Assembly (NCBI GenBank): GCA_033762115.1
Contig: JANRLX010000129.1
Span: 16,638 to 80,637, forward strand
Length of the DNA stretch: 64,000 nt
Origin: Verrucomicrobiota bacterium
Lineage (GTDB): Bacteria; Verrucomicrobiota; Verrucomicrobiia; Limisphaerales; SXQI01
Direction of reading: 5' to 3'
Below are positions 21,451 through 31,194 of this stretch, piece by piece. The notes under the pieces were generated by a model. It was not told the DNA's origin. It was given only the letters and a program-made list of their open reading frames with translations, and ran no database searches. The translations under genes were made by a program, and so were the position numbers. Positions within the stretch are counted from its first letter, which is position 1, and the number at the start of each line of letters is the position of its first letter.

Positions 21451-21911
21451 ATTTCTCCGACAAAGCCTTGCTGTCTTAAGGCTTCAAAGAGAACCAGTGC
21501 AACACAGTTCGATAAGTTAAGAGAGCGTGAGGCTGGGTTGAACATGGGGATTCGCAACCATGTCTGCCGGTTTGCCTCGAGCAGTTCCCGTGGCAAACCG
21601 GCAGTTTCACGGCCAAAAACGAGGTAATCATCCGGTTTGAAAGAGGCTTCTGAATACCGGGCAGGGCCCTCCGATTCAATGAACCAGAGTTGAGAGAAGG
21701 GGGAAACCTGTTGAAGGAAGGTCTGCCAATCCTTCCAGCGATGCCATGCGACCTGCTCCCAATAATCCATTCCAGCGCGTTTTAATTGTTTATCATCCAG
21801 GTTGAAACCGAACGGTTCGATCAAATGCAACGAGCTACGGGTGGCAGCGCAGAGACGCGCAATGTTACCTGTATTTGGAGGGATTTCCGGCTGCAGCAAA
21901 ACAATATTCAT
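21447..21911 (-). CDS. trmL: tRNA (cytidine(34)-2'-O)-methyltransferase
   Basis: [33 protein letters not shown]. Confidence 0.95.
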   Translation of the reverse strand: MNIVLLQPEIPPNTGNIARLCAATRSSLHLIEPFGFNLDDKQLKRAGMDYWEQVAWHRWKDWQTFLQQVSPFSQLWFIESEGPARYSEASFKPDDYLVFGRETAGLPRELLEANRQTWLRIPMFNPASRSLNLSNCVALVLFEALRQQGFVGEI

Positions 21912-22705
21912 TCGTCCTCTGTTCCATCCATGATTTTTCCTGTGGCGGAACGTTTGTAAAAAACTTTCCACAAGACCAGGCCGGCAGCAGGAGCTGACAT
22001 TCCTGCTGCTTTCCGATCTTTCTGGTGGAGCATTTTCGGGATGGCCGCAGGCTCGATCTTGCCCTGGCCGACCTGCACCAGGGTGCCAACAATGCCGCGG
22101 CACATTTTGTATAGGAACCCATCTCCTTCGATAATAAATGTGAACATGTATCCGGAGCGGCGGATATCACAGCGGGTCACTGTACGGACGGTGGAATTCA
22201 TTTTGTAATCGCGCGTGGCGGCGAAAGAGGCGAAATCATGTTTTCCTAGAAAATCACGCGCAGCATGCTTCATTGACTGGAGAAGCAATGGTTGGGGGAC
22301 ATGCCAGATTTGGCGATGGAGGAGGGGATGATGAGCCGGATGATTCCAGACAAAGTAACGGTACTGCTTTCCTGAAGCATTGAACCGAGCGTGGAAGGAG
22401 GCTGCAACCTGTTTACTTTCGAAAACCCGAATATCCGGTGGTAGATGGGCGTTCAGGGCCAGCCCGAGTTTTCGATCCGTCATTTTAAATTTACCCAACG
22501 GGACATCGACATGAGCAACCATTCCGATGGCATGAACGCCCGCATCTGTTCGGCTGGAACTGTAAATCCGAAAGGGAATGTTGAAAAGTTTGGCGAAGGC
22601 CCCCTCGATTACTTCCTGAACTCCTGTGCCGCTTTGCTGGACCTGCCATCCGGCATAGTTGGTTCCATCATAGGCGATTACCAATTTGATTCTCGTTGGT
22701 GTCAT
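21908..22705 (-). CDS. truA: tRNA pseudouridine(38-40) synthase
   Basis: YDGTNYAGWQ, RTDAGVHA, FHARF, GFLYKM. Confidence 0.96.
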   Translation of the reverse strand: MTPTRIKLVIAYDGTNYAGWQVQQSGTGVQEVIEGAFAKLFNIPFRIYSSSRTDAGVHAIGMVAHVDVPLGKFKMTDRKLGLALNAHLPPDIRVFESKQVAASFHARFNASGKQYRYFVWNHPAHHPLLHRQIWHVPQPLLLQSMKHAARDFLGKHDFASFAATRDYKMNSTVRTVTRCDIRRSGYMFTFIIEGDGFLYKMCRGIVGTLVQVGQGKIEPAAIPKMLHQKDRKAAGMSAPAAGLVLWKVFYKRSATGKIMDGTEDE

Positions 22706-23121
22706 GTGCCCAATGCACTGCTGTCGAGAAAGCTTTGCAGGAGAATCGCGGCAGCCATTTTGTCGACTTTTTCTTTCCTGTCCTTGCGTTTGACATCAGC
22801 ATCAATCAGATAGCGATTGGCCTGAGTGGAGGTCAAACGTTCATCCCAGGTGCGGATGGGGATGGCAATGGTTTCATTCAACACCCCGATAAACTCGCGC
22901 ACTTTCAATGCGGCCGGTCCGTAGCTGCCATCCATATTGCGCGGCATGCCCACGATGATCAGTTCGACCTGCTTTTCCTGGATGACGGTTTTCAATCGCT
23001 CAAGGAAGGCGTTGAAAGGTTCTGCCGGAATAAATTCCAAAGGATGGGCGATCATTCCGAGTTCATCGCTAATCGCAATGCCCATGCGAACGGTTCCGTG
23101 ATCGATTGCCAGGACGCGCAT
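22702..23121 (-). CDS. ruvX: Holliday junction resolvase-like RuvX/YqgF
   Basis: LAIDHG..RMGIAISD, VGMP, DERLTS, VDKMAAAILLQ. Confidence 0.95.
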   Translation of the reverse strand: MRVLAIDHGTVRMGIAISDELGMIAHPLEFIPAEPFNAFLERLKTVIQEKQVELIIVGMPRNMDGSYGPAALKVREFIGVLNETIAIPIRTWDERLTSTQANRYLIDADVKRKDRKEKVDKMAAAILLQSFLDSSALGT

Positions 23122-23122
23122 A

Positions 23123-24406
23123 TTACAAAGAGATCAAAACGTTTTTGGCAGCTTCGATTGTGTGTTGGATGTCCTGCTCTGTGTGGGCAACAGAAAGAAA
23201 TCCTGCTTCGAATTGGGAGGGTGCCAGGTAAATGCCCTGTTCCAGCATGCCATGAAAGAATTTGGAAAAACGGGTTCGGTCGCTTTTCAAGGCTGCTGCG
23301 AGGTTATGCACTGGTTCTGTGGCAAAATATCCGCAAAACATCGATCCACAACGATTAAACTGTATGGGCACTCCCGCTTTTCCGGCCGCTTCAGCAAGTC
23401 CTTTTTCCAGCATTGCACCCAACATTTCCAGTCGATCATAGACCTCTGGGGTGAGTTGATTGACAGCCGCGAGTCCTGCCGCCATGGCCAAAGGATTGCC
23501 GCTTAAAGTGCCTGCCTGATAAACCGGCCCGAGAGGTGCGAGGTGTTCCATGATTTCCCGCCTGCCCCCGAATGCTCCCACAGGAAGCCCGCCTCCAATA
23601 ATTTTTCCAAAGCAACTGAGATCAGGAGTGATTTTAAACCGTTCCTGGGCTCCGCCATGGCTGAGACGGAAGCCGGTCATGACTTCGTCAAAAATCAGCA
23701 ATGTTCCTTCACGCTGTGTGATCTCACGCAGTTTTTCAAGATAACCGGGGCGAGGGAGATAAAGGCCGGCATTGCCAGGGACAGGCTCGATGATAATTCC
23801 GGCGATCTGACCCGGGTTGGCTTGAAATGCGGCTCCTATCGCCTCAAGATCATTAAAGGGTAGGACGACCGTGTGCTGCGTAAAGGCAGCGGGGACGCCC
23901 ATGCTGTCCGGATATCCGAAGGTCAATGCGCCGGATCCCGCCTTGACCAACAAAGAGTCCACATGACCATGATAGCAGCCCTCGAATTTGATAATTTTAT
24001 CCCGTTTGGTAAAACCCCGGGCGAGGCGGATGGCGGACATGGTTGCTTCCGTTCCGGAATTGCAAAACCGCACTTGCTGAACGGACGGAATCGACTGGCA
24101 AATGACTTTCGCCAGGTCAACTTCGAGGGGATTGGGAACTCCGAAACTGGTTCCGCGGACGGCAGTTTCCTGGACGGCTTTGATGATGGATTGATTGGCA
24201 TGGCCCAGAATTGCCGGACCCCATGTGCCGACATAATCAATGTAACGATTTCCATCGAGATCATACAGGTAAGCTCCTTCTGCCCGATTCACGAAAAAGG
24301 GGGTGCCTCCAACCGCTCGAAATGCTCGGACGGGAGAATTAACGCCCCCTGGAATCCAGTTGAGCGCCTCCTTAAAAAGGGATTCAGACTTGCTTCTCGA
24401 AATCAC
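23123..24406 (-). CDS. hemL: Glutamate-1-semialdehyde 2,1-aminomutase
   Basis: PGGVNSPVRAF, NSGTEATM, DEVMTGFR, GKIIGGGLP; start set to GTG 24406 to avoid overlap with the U32 gene. Confidence 0.96.
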   Translation of the reverse strand: MISRSKSESLFKEALNWIPGGVNSPVRAFRAVGGTPFFVNRAEGAYLYDLDGNRYIDYVGTWGPAILGHANQSIIKAVQETAVRGTSFGVPNPLEVDLAKVICQSIPSVQQVRFCNSGTEATMSAIRLARGFTKRDKIIKFEGCYHGHVDSLLVKAGSGALTFGYPDSMGVPAAFTQHTVVLPFNDLEAIGAAFQANPGQIAGIIIEPVPGNAGLYLPRPGYLEKLREITQREGTLLIFDEVMTGFRLSHGGAQERFKITPDLSCFGKIIGGGLPVGAFGGRREIMEHLAPLGPVYQAGTLSGNPLAMAAGLAAVNQLTPEVYDRLEMLGAMLEKGLAEAAGKAGVPIQFNRCGSMFCGYFATEPVHNLAAALKSDRTRFSKFFHGMLEQGIYLAPSQFEAGFLSVAHTEQDIQHTIEAAKNVLISL

Positions 24407-24509
24407 GGCTGAAATTGAAGCAGACTGCGAACTTTTAATCCAGTCATGGAATTGCTTCGGAATGACCGCTTTCCCGAAGAGCGGTTGAGCATTAAGATAG
24501 GAGGAGACA

Positions 24510-27026
24510 ATGCCAGAAAATGCTATAGAACCGGAGATCGCGGGAGAAGCGAGGCTTGTAAACTCGCTTCCGGAACTTCTCGCACCTGCCGGGGATTGGG
24601 AATGCGCCAAAGCGGCTGTGGAGAATGGGGCTGATGCGATCTATTTCGGACTGGAACGTTTTAATGCAAGAATGCGGGCTCGGAATTTTACTGAAGCTGA
24701 TCTTCCGGCCTTGATGGAGTTTTTGCATCGACGCGGCGTTCGGGGTTACGTCACTTTCAACACGCTGGTTTTTACAAATGAACTGGCGGAGGCGGAAGAG
24801 TATTTAAAATCAATCATCCGGGCAGGAGTTGATGCGGCGATCGTGCAGGATGTGGGAATTTGCCGATTGATTCGAAGGCTCTCTCCCGATTTTCCGATTC
24901 ATGCCTCAACCCAGATGACAATTACGAGCGCTGCTGGACTTGAATTTGCACGGGAACTCGGGTGCAACCTCGTGGTGCTGGCCCGGGAATGTTCGATGAA
25001 AGAAATTGCGGACATCAGGGCAGCAACAACGAATGATTTGAGTTCAACGAGCAGCCTGCCTCTGGAAGTGTTTGTTCATGGGGCGTTGTGCGTGGCATAT
25101 TCAGGGCAATGTCTTACCAGTGAATCTTTGGGAGGAAGGTCGGCAAATCGAGGTGAATGTGCGCAGGCCTGCCGCATGCCTTATGAACTGATTTCAAATG
25201 GAAAAACGGTCCCTCTCGGATATCGCAAATATCTGCTTAGTCCCCAGGATCTGGCAGGAATCGAGGTGCTGCCTGAGCTTGTGCGGGCAGGGGTTTCCAG
25301 CCTGAAAATTGAAGGACGCCTCAAATCTCCGGAATATGTCGCAAATATCACTCGAGTTTACCGTCAGGCACTTCAACGCATTTCTGAAAACAGAAGCAGG
25401 GAGTGGGCTGTTCCAGCAGAAGAGCAATATCGTTTGGAAATGGGATTTTCACGCGGGCTTTACACTGGCTGGTTCAAGGGAATCAACAACCAGGAGCTGG
25501 CGCATGCACGATTTGGCAAAAAGCGTGGGGTTTATCTCGGTAATGTGACACGGATGGGGCGAGATGGCGTCTTCGTGAAACTTGAATCATCGTTAAAACG
25601 AGGTGATGGAGTCGTTTTCGATGCGGGGAAGCCTGAAGGAGAGGAGCAGGGGGGGCGTGTTTACGATCTTCTGGAGAGCGGGACAGAAACATTACTTCTG
25701 TTTGGACGGGGCGCAATCGACCTGAATTGCATCCAGCCCGGGAACAAGGTTTGGAAAACAAGCGACCCTGAACTGGATAAAGAACTGCGGCAGAGTTTTG
25801 CCGGAGAACAGGTGCGTTTCCAAAGACCGCTTCATTTTGAAGTTCATGCTGCCCTTGGCCAGCCTTTGACCGTCATTGCCCGTGATGAAGAGGGGCATGT
25901 GCTGCGCGAACATTCGGCATTTTCGTTGGAAATGGCGCAAAACCGACCTTTGTCAGAGGACTTATTACGAGAGCAGCTGGGGCGGCTTGGTGGAACGCCT
26001 TTTCATTTGGGAAAACTGACCGCCACGATTGAGGGAACGCCCATGGTCCCAGTGAGTGAACTTAACCGGATGCGTCGCTCACTGGTTGAACGATTAACTG
26101 TATTACGGAGTGCACCAAGCCGGTGGGTGATGAACGACGTCCCTGCGATCAGTTTTGCTGCGCCCCGAGTTGAACGGGGTGATCCCGAACTCATCGGGTT
26201 GGTCCGTTCCATGGAACAACTCGAAGCGATCCTCCAGACTGATATCAAGGAAGTTTATTGTGAATTCGAAGACCCAAAAAAGTATCGCCAGGCAGTCCAA
26301 CGAGTGAGGGATGCAGGGGAGCATCGGTTGGCATGGGTCGCTCCGCCCCGAATTACGAAACCGGGTGAAGAATGGATTTTAAAGCAGGTATTATCCAGCG
26401 GAGCAGATGGTTACCTGGTACGAAATTATGATCATCTTCAGTTTTTTGAGAAGGAGCGTTGTCGGGGGGATTTTTCCCTCAATGTGGCAAATCCGATAAC
26501 TGCCGAATATTTCATTAACAGGTTCGGTCTTGAACGAGTGACTGCTTCCTACGATTTGAATGTGGCGCAATTGCAGGCGCTGCTTGGGGCATGCGATCCC
26601 TCGATCCTGGAAATAACGCTCCATCAGCACATGCCGATGTTTCATATGGAGCATTGCGTGTTCTGTGCGTTTTTATCGAATGGGACCGATTACAGGAATT
26701 GTGGCCGTCCATGCGATGAGCAGGAGGTGAAAATCCGGGATCGAGTCGGTGCGGAGCATCCGTTGAAGGCGGATGCGGGGTGTCGAAATACAGTGTTTAA
26801 TGCAAGAGCGCAAACGGGTGCAGAGTTTTTTCAGGAGCTATTCCTTCTGGGAGCCCGTTCTTTCAGGCTGGAGTTTCTCAATGAAGAGGGTCCGGAAGTC
26901 ATTCGAACGATTGAGCAGTACCGCAAGCTTCTTCGAGGAGAAATCAGCGGCATTGAACTGTGGCGAGATCTCAAGCTGGTGAACCAGCTCGGCGTGACGC
27001 GGGGACAGTTAAAGGGGCTCAAGTGA
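24510..27026 (+). CDS. U32 family protein with DUF3656 (RlhA-like RNA hydroxylase)
   Basis: PELLAPAG, HASTQM, HGALCVAYSGQC, SANRGECAQACR, KIEGR; long C-terminal region with a Cys cluster. Confidence 0.88.
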   Translation: MPENAIEPEIAGEARLVNSLPELLAPAGDWECAKAAVENGADAIYFGLERFNARMRARNFTEADLPALMEFLHRRGVRGYVTFNTLVFTNELAEAEEYLKSIIRAGVDAAIVQDVGICRLIRRLSPDFPIHASTQMTITSAAGLEFARELGCNLVVLARECSMKEIADIRAATTNDLSSTSSLPLEVFVHGALCVAYSGQCLTSESLGGRSANRGECAQACRMPYELISNGKTVPLGYRKYLLSPQDLAGIEVLPELVRAGVSSLKIEGRLKSPEYVANITRVYRQALQRISENRSREWAVPAEEQYRLEMGFSRGLYTGWFKGINNQELAHARFGKKRGVYLGNVTRMGRDGVFVKLESSLKRGDGVVFDAGKPEGEEQGGRVYDLLESGTETLLLFGRGAIDLNCIQPGNKVWKTSDPELDKELRQSFAGEQVRFQRPLHFEVHAALGQPLTVIARDEEGHVLREHSAFSLEMAQNRPLSEDLLREQLGRLGGTPFHLGKLTATIEGTPMVPVSELNRMRRSLVERLTVLRSAPSRWVMNDVPAISFAAPRVERGDPELIGLVRSMEQLEAILQTDIKEVYCEFEDPKKYRQAVQRVRDAGEHRLAWVAPPRITKPGEEWILKQVLSSGADGYLVRNYDHLQFFEKERCRGDFSLNVANPITAEYFINRFGLERVTASYDLNVAQLQALLGACDPSILEITLHQHMPMFHMEHCVFCAFLSNGTDYRNCGRPCDEQEVKIRDRVGAEHPLKADAGCRNTVFNARAQTGAEFFQELFLLGARSFRLEFLNEEGPEVIRTIEQYRKLLRGEISGIELWRDLKLVNQLGVTRGQLKGLK

Positions 27027-27464
27027 GATGATGGCGGGTTGATCCGGTGAAGGAAGGACAGCGCTTTGCAAAATCGAAGCAAGCGATTCTGGCATGCGAG
27101 ATGGCTTTTCTTCCAGATTCATTGAAACATGCAGAGTCTCCGCTTCCAGGAGTAATGTTTTTTCCCTCCAGATGGAATAGGTGAAAGCCAGCTTCAAGCG
27201 TTTTAGTTCCTTGATTGCGACATCTATGACAATCACATCATCATAACGAGCAGGCGCCTTGTAGGTAAGGCGGGCCTCAATCACTGGAAATAAAATGCCT
27301 TGCTCCTGGAGCTTGAGAAATGGGATTCCCAGATTGCGAAAAAATTCACCACGTGCTTCCTCAAGGAAATCAAGATAACGGGAGTAATAGACATGATTTC
27401 CCACAGTGCAATCGCTATAAACGACACGCCTTTGATAACGATAAAATTGCTGAGGTCCGTTCAT
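27009..27464 (-). CDS. Acyl-CoA thioesterase (YbgC/4HBT family)
   Basis: RVVYSDC...HVYYSRYL.F.E.AR, YKAPARYDD. Confidence 0.88.
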   Translation of the reverse strand: MNGPQQFYRYQRRVVYSDCTVGNHVYYSRYLDFLEEARGEFFRNLGIPFLKLQEQGILFPVIEARLTYKAPARYDDVIVIDVAIKELKRLKLAFTYSIWREKTLLLEAETLHVSMNLEEKPSRMPESLASILQSAVLPSPDQPAIISLEPL

Positions 27465-28123
27465 TTTTTCATGTTCTGCTTTTTTTCCATTTTTCGAAAT
27501 TTTTTCTCCCGTTTTCGAACTTCGCTGCGCAGCAGTTCTTCGGCAGACCACCCATGAGCCTGAGCTTGAACTGCAAGATCAAAGAGGGTTGCTGCGATTT
27601 CGGACCGAGTGATTTGCTTATTGCTTTTTGGCGCAGATAAAGCCCCGGCTTTTCGAGCTTTTTTTGTCAGTTTTTCTGCTTTCAATAAAGCAGGGAGATG
27701 GCGAGGAATCCCATCATAGGCAGAGGATCGCTCCTGTTTTGTTCCGGCCTTTTCAGCTTTTTTGATTTGTTCCCATTGCGCCCACACCGCATCAACTGAT
27801 TTGGCTTTTGAATTTCCAAACACGTGCGGGTGGCGTCGAACCAATTTTTCAGAAATTGAGTGGCAAACCTGATCAAAATCAAAAGCATTCCGTTCCTTTG
27901 CGAGCTGGCAATGGAAGACTACCTGCAACAGGAGATCACCCAGTTCTTCTACAAATTCCTGGTCATTTCCGGATTCAATGGCATCCATTAGCTCATAGAC
28001 CTCCTCCACTGCGTGGAACCGAAGAGACATATGGTCCTGTTCCCTGTCCCAAGGACAACCTTGAGGGGAACGAAGCTTTGCCATAATGCGCAGCAATTCG
28101 TTAATTGGAACTTTCTGTTTCAT
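27461..28123 (-). CDS. mazG: MazG family nucleoside triphosphate pyrophosphohydrolase
   Basis: GCPWDREQ, EEVYE, EELGDLLLQVVFH, RRHPHVF. Confidence 0.93.
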   Translation of the reverse strand: MKQKVPINELLRIMAKLRSPQGCPWDREQDHMSLRFHAVEEVYELMDAIESGNDQEFVEELGDLLLQVVFHCQLAKERNAFDFDQVCHSISEKLVRRHPHVFGNSKAKSVDAVWAQWEQIKKAEKAGTKQERSSAYDGIPRHLPALLKAEKLTKKARKAGALSAPKSNKQITRSEIAATLFDLAVQAQAHGWSAEELLRSEVRKREKKFRKMEKKQNMKK

Positions 28124-28124
28124 G

Positions 28125-29201
28125 CTAGAGCACTACAAGATCATTGCGATGCACCACTTCTTTGCGAGGCACTTTCCTGGAGCAGACTTCTTCGGCGGAA
28201 GCCCTGGCGATTCCGCGGGCAAATTCAGTCCCATCCTGGTCGCAGATACGAACAACTTCCCCGGCCTGGAATTCCCCTTCGCAACGGGAAATTCCCGGAG
28301 CAAGCAGACTCCTGCCCATCTCACGCAAGGCCTTTCGGGCACCTGCATCGACGATGAGGGTGCCGCGTGGTCGATGAAAGAAAGCAATCCAACGCTTACG
28401 TCCCGCCAGTTTGCCCGGCTTGGGAATGAAGATGGTTCCCTCTTCTTCACCATCGACAACTTTTTTGAGCACGTCCTTCTTTCGACCGGAAGCAATGACC
28501 ATGGGCACGCCTGAACGAATCACGATCTTGGCAGCCTGAATTTTTGATGTCATACCGCCTACTGCGGTGGCACTGGTCGTTCCTCCGGCGATACCTTCAA
28601 TTCGCGAATCAATTTGTTCGATTGAGGAAAGGAGTTGCGCGTCGGGCGTCCCAAAGTTCTGGACCACCCCATCGACTGTGGTCAGGATCACCAATAGATC
28701 GGCAGGAAGGAGGCAGGCGACGAGAGCTGAAAGCTTGTCGTTATCACCGAATTTGATTTCCGTAAAGGAAACGGCGTCATTCTCATTAATGATAGGCACC
28801 ACGCCGTGACTGAGCAGGCGGACAAGGGTGTTCCGGGCATTCAAATGCCGCTCATGATGGTCCAAATCTTCATGAGTCAATAGCACCTGGGCGACATTGA
28901 GGCCGTGCTCCTGAAAAAGTTTTTCGTAAGTGGACATCAGGCGGGATTGCCCGACCGCAGCACAGGCCTGAAGTTCCGCCAGTTCAGTGGGACGCTTATG
29001 ATGTCCAAGCACACCCATGCCTGCTCCCACGGCACCTGAGGAGACGAGCACAACCTCACGACCTTCCTTGCGCTGGAAAGCAATTTGCTGGACCAGTTGC
29101 TCCAGCTGCTTCAGGTCAGGTTGCTTGCTGGCATTAGTGAGGACTCCAGTGCCAAGCTTGACCACAATTCGCGTTATGTCTTTAAGCAACTCCCGTCGCA
29201 T
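28125..29201 (-). CDS. proB: Glutamate 5-kinase
   Basis: VVKLGT, VSSGAV, INEND, FGDND.LSA, GGMTSK, PUA domain. Confidence 0.96.
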   Translation of the reverse strand: MRRELLKDITRIVVKLGTGVLTNASKQPDLKQLEQLVQQIAFQRKEGREVVLVSSGAVGAGMGVLGHHKRPTELAELQACAAVGQSRLMSTYEKLFQEHGLNVAQVLLTHEDLDHHERHLNARNTLVRLLSHGVVPIINENDAVSFTEIKFGDNDKLSALVACLLPADLLVILTTVDGVVQNFGTPDAQLLSSIEQIDSRIEGIAGGTTSATAVGGMTSKIQAAKIVIRSGVPMVIASGRKKDVLKKVVDGEEEGTIFIPKPGKLAGRKRWIAFFHRPRGTLIVDAGARKALREMGRSLLAPGISRCEGEFQAGEVVRICDQDGTEFARGIARASAEEVCSRKVPRKEVVHRNDLVVL

Positions 29202-29302
29202 CTGGATAGGAGAAGAGAAAAACAACCCTTACAGAAAGAAAAAAGTAACAGAACCGCACAAAAAGGTTGGTCGTCCCGGAGCACCTCGGCATATTTCGCC
29301 TG

Positions 29303-30304
29303 ATGCAATGTTTTGTCACAGGCGCTTCGGGATTCATTGGGGCGAACCTGGTTCACGAATTGAATGCCAGGGGACATTCAGTCAGGGCTCTGCTCCGGGA
29401 AGGCAGTGATCTTCGGGGACTGGAAGGCGCTGAGTATGAGGTTGTTCGAGGTGATTTGTCTGACCGTGATGGATTAAAGAAAGCGATGGATGGTTGTGAT
29501 TGGTGCTTTCATGTGGCGGCCAGTTACCATCTCTGGCTGAGGGACTATCGCCCGATGTATGCGGCGAATGTGGAGGGTACGAGAAACATGCTGAACGCTG
29601 CCATGAAGGCTGGTTGTTCGAGGATTGTTTATACGAGCACAGTTGGTTGCATTGGCCTGCCCCGGGAAATGGATGGCCGAATCATACCCAGCGATGAAAC
29701 TGCCCTGAGCAGGCTCGAAGAGATGAGCAACGATTACAAGCGTTCCAAATGGCTCGCTGAACAGGTGGCACTCGAATCATCCAAAGCCGGTGTGCCGGTA
29801 ATTATTGTGAACCCGAGTGCTCCGGTTGGTCCCCGTGACGTAAAACCTACCCCCACTGGAAAGGTGATCGTCGATTTTCTCAATCGTGCCATGCCAGGTT
29901 ATGTGGATACAGGATTAAACTGGGTCCATGTGCGTGATGTCGCCGTGGGCCATATCCTCGCCGCGGAAAAGGGGAGGGTGGGGCAGAGGTATATTTTAGG
30001 TCATGCTGATGGAAATTGGACTTTACAAAAAGCCTTTGAGGTTCTTGAGAAAATTACCGGCATCAAAGCTCCCGGAATGAAGGTTCCATATTCGGTCGCG
30101 CTAATGGCCGCCTATCTGAATGAAGGGATTTCCAGGATTACAGGAAAGGAGCCTAAAGCGCCACTGGCCGGAGTCCGCATGGCAAGGTACAAAATGTTTT
30201 TTAATCCTGCCAAGGCAATCCATGAACTGGGTCTTCCTCAAACTGACCCGGAACAGGCGCTTAGGGAAGCTGTGAAATGGTTTGAAGAACATCCTGTTTC
30301 TTAA
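29303..30304 (+). CDS. NAD-dependent epimerase/dehydratase (HpnA-like)
   Basis: TGASGFIG, FHVAA.Y, YKRSK, GPRDVKPTPTG. Confidence 0.85.
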   Translation: MQCFVTGASGFIGANLVHELNARGHSVRALLREGSDLRGLEGAEYEVVRGDLSDRDGLKKAMDGCDWCFHVAASYHLWLRDYRPMYAANVEGTRNMLNAAMKAGCSRIVYTSTVGCIGLPREMDGRIIPSDETALSRLEEMSNDYKRSKWLAEQVALESSKAGVPVIIVNPSAPVGPRDVKPTPTGKVIVDFLNRAMPGYVDTGLNWVHVRDVAVGHILAAEKGRVGQRYILGHADGNWTLQKAFEVLEKITGIKAPGMKVPYSVALMAAYLNEGISRITGKEPKAPLAGVRMARYKMFFNPAKAIHELGLPQTDPEQALREAVKWFEEHPVS

Positions 30305-30318
30305 TCCAGCTGACTCAA

Positions 30319-30347
30319 TTGACTTATAATGAGACCTCCTGCATGAT
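30319..30347 (+). promoter_or_regulatory. Possible sigma70 promoter
   Basis: TTGACT-17 nt-CATGAT just upstream of ATG 30356; an exact TATAAT also lies at 30325-30330. Confidence 0.35.
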
Positions 30348-30355
30348 CTGGCGTA

Positions 30356-31117
30356 ATGTGGCAACGCCTGGGAGGGTGGTTAAACCTAATTCATCGTTCT
30401 AATTTTCGTTACTTTCGCCGTGGAGCGATCAAGCCTCCTTTTCACTTTAGACACAATGGAGTAGGTGTGGATATTCACGCTACCGCAACCACTGGTTCGA
30501 CTGTTTGTTATTGTGAGGTTCTGATCGATGATCATTATAAAATGTTCCAGTTTTCCAAGAGGGAAACTCCTGGAGTGATTGTGGATATCGGAGCCAACAT
30601 TGGAATATTCAGCAAAATGGCGACGGTTCTTTTTCCAGAAGCGAAAATTTATTCTTATGAACCACATCCTTCAGCATTTGCCTGCCTGAAGAAAAACGCT
30701 GAAGGAACCGGGATCAGCCCGTTTAATTGTGGCGTATCGAATATGGCTGGGCAATTTTTTCTCGAGGCCAACTGCGATTCTACCACAGGGGCCGTGAGCG
30801 TTTCAGGGGGGATTCCCGTTAAATGCATTTCAGTATCAGAATTGCAGCCGGAAACAGGTGAAATCGACCTTTTGAAGATGGATTGCGAAGGTTCTGAATG
30901 GGCCATTTTTCAAGATTCTGGGCTGCTGGCGCGGACAAAATATTTAACAATGGAGTATCACCTGGTAGATGGACATACCTTGAAAGAGCTTGAGCAGATC
31001 CTGGTGAATGCCCGGCATAGGATTCTTCATGTCCATCCTCATGGGGGGTATGGCGGGAAATTTGGCCTGCTTTGGGCGGTAAGAGAGGGGAATCTGCCAG
31101 GTCCCTGGACTTTTTGA
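30356..31117 (+). CDS. FkbM family methyltransferase
   Basis: VDIGANIG, YEPHP, LKMDCEGSE. Confidence 0.9.
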   Translation: MWQRLGGWLNLIHRSNFRYFRRGAIKPPFHFRHNGVGVDIHATATTGSTVCYCEVLIDDHYKMFQFSKRETPGVIVDIGANIGIFSKMATVLFPEAKIYSYEPHPSAFACLKKNAEGTGISPFNCGVSNMAGQFFLEANCDSTTGAVSVSGGIPVKCISVSELQPETGEIDLLKMDCEGSEWAIFQDSGLLARTKYLTMEYHLVDGHTLKELEQILVNARHRILHVHPHGGYGGKFGLLWAVREGNLPGPWTF

Positions 31118-31194
31118 GAAGACCTCCTCCTGATGCAGTTCGGCAAGCCACTTGCTCTCAAGAGTTTCGTGATTCTGACGAAGTAAGAGATCAG

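Noticed and set aside
755..23358. Long antisense or alternate-frame ORFs (e.g. 755-1345, 6273-6875, 7767-8405, 22696-23358)
   Set aside because: They overlap well-supported genes and show no recognisable motifs, so they are treated as shadow ORFs.
24407..24610. N-terminal extension of the hemL ORF overlapping the U32 gene
   Set aside because: Recognisable HemL sequence begins near GTG 24406; the extension is an ORF-calling artefact.
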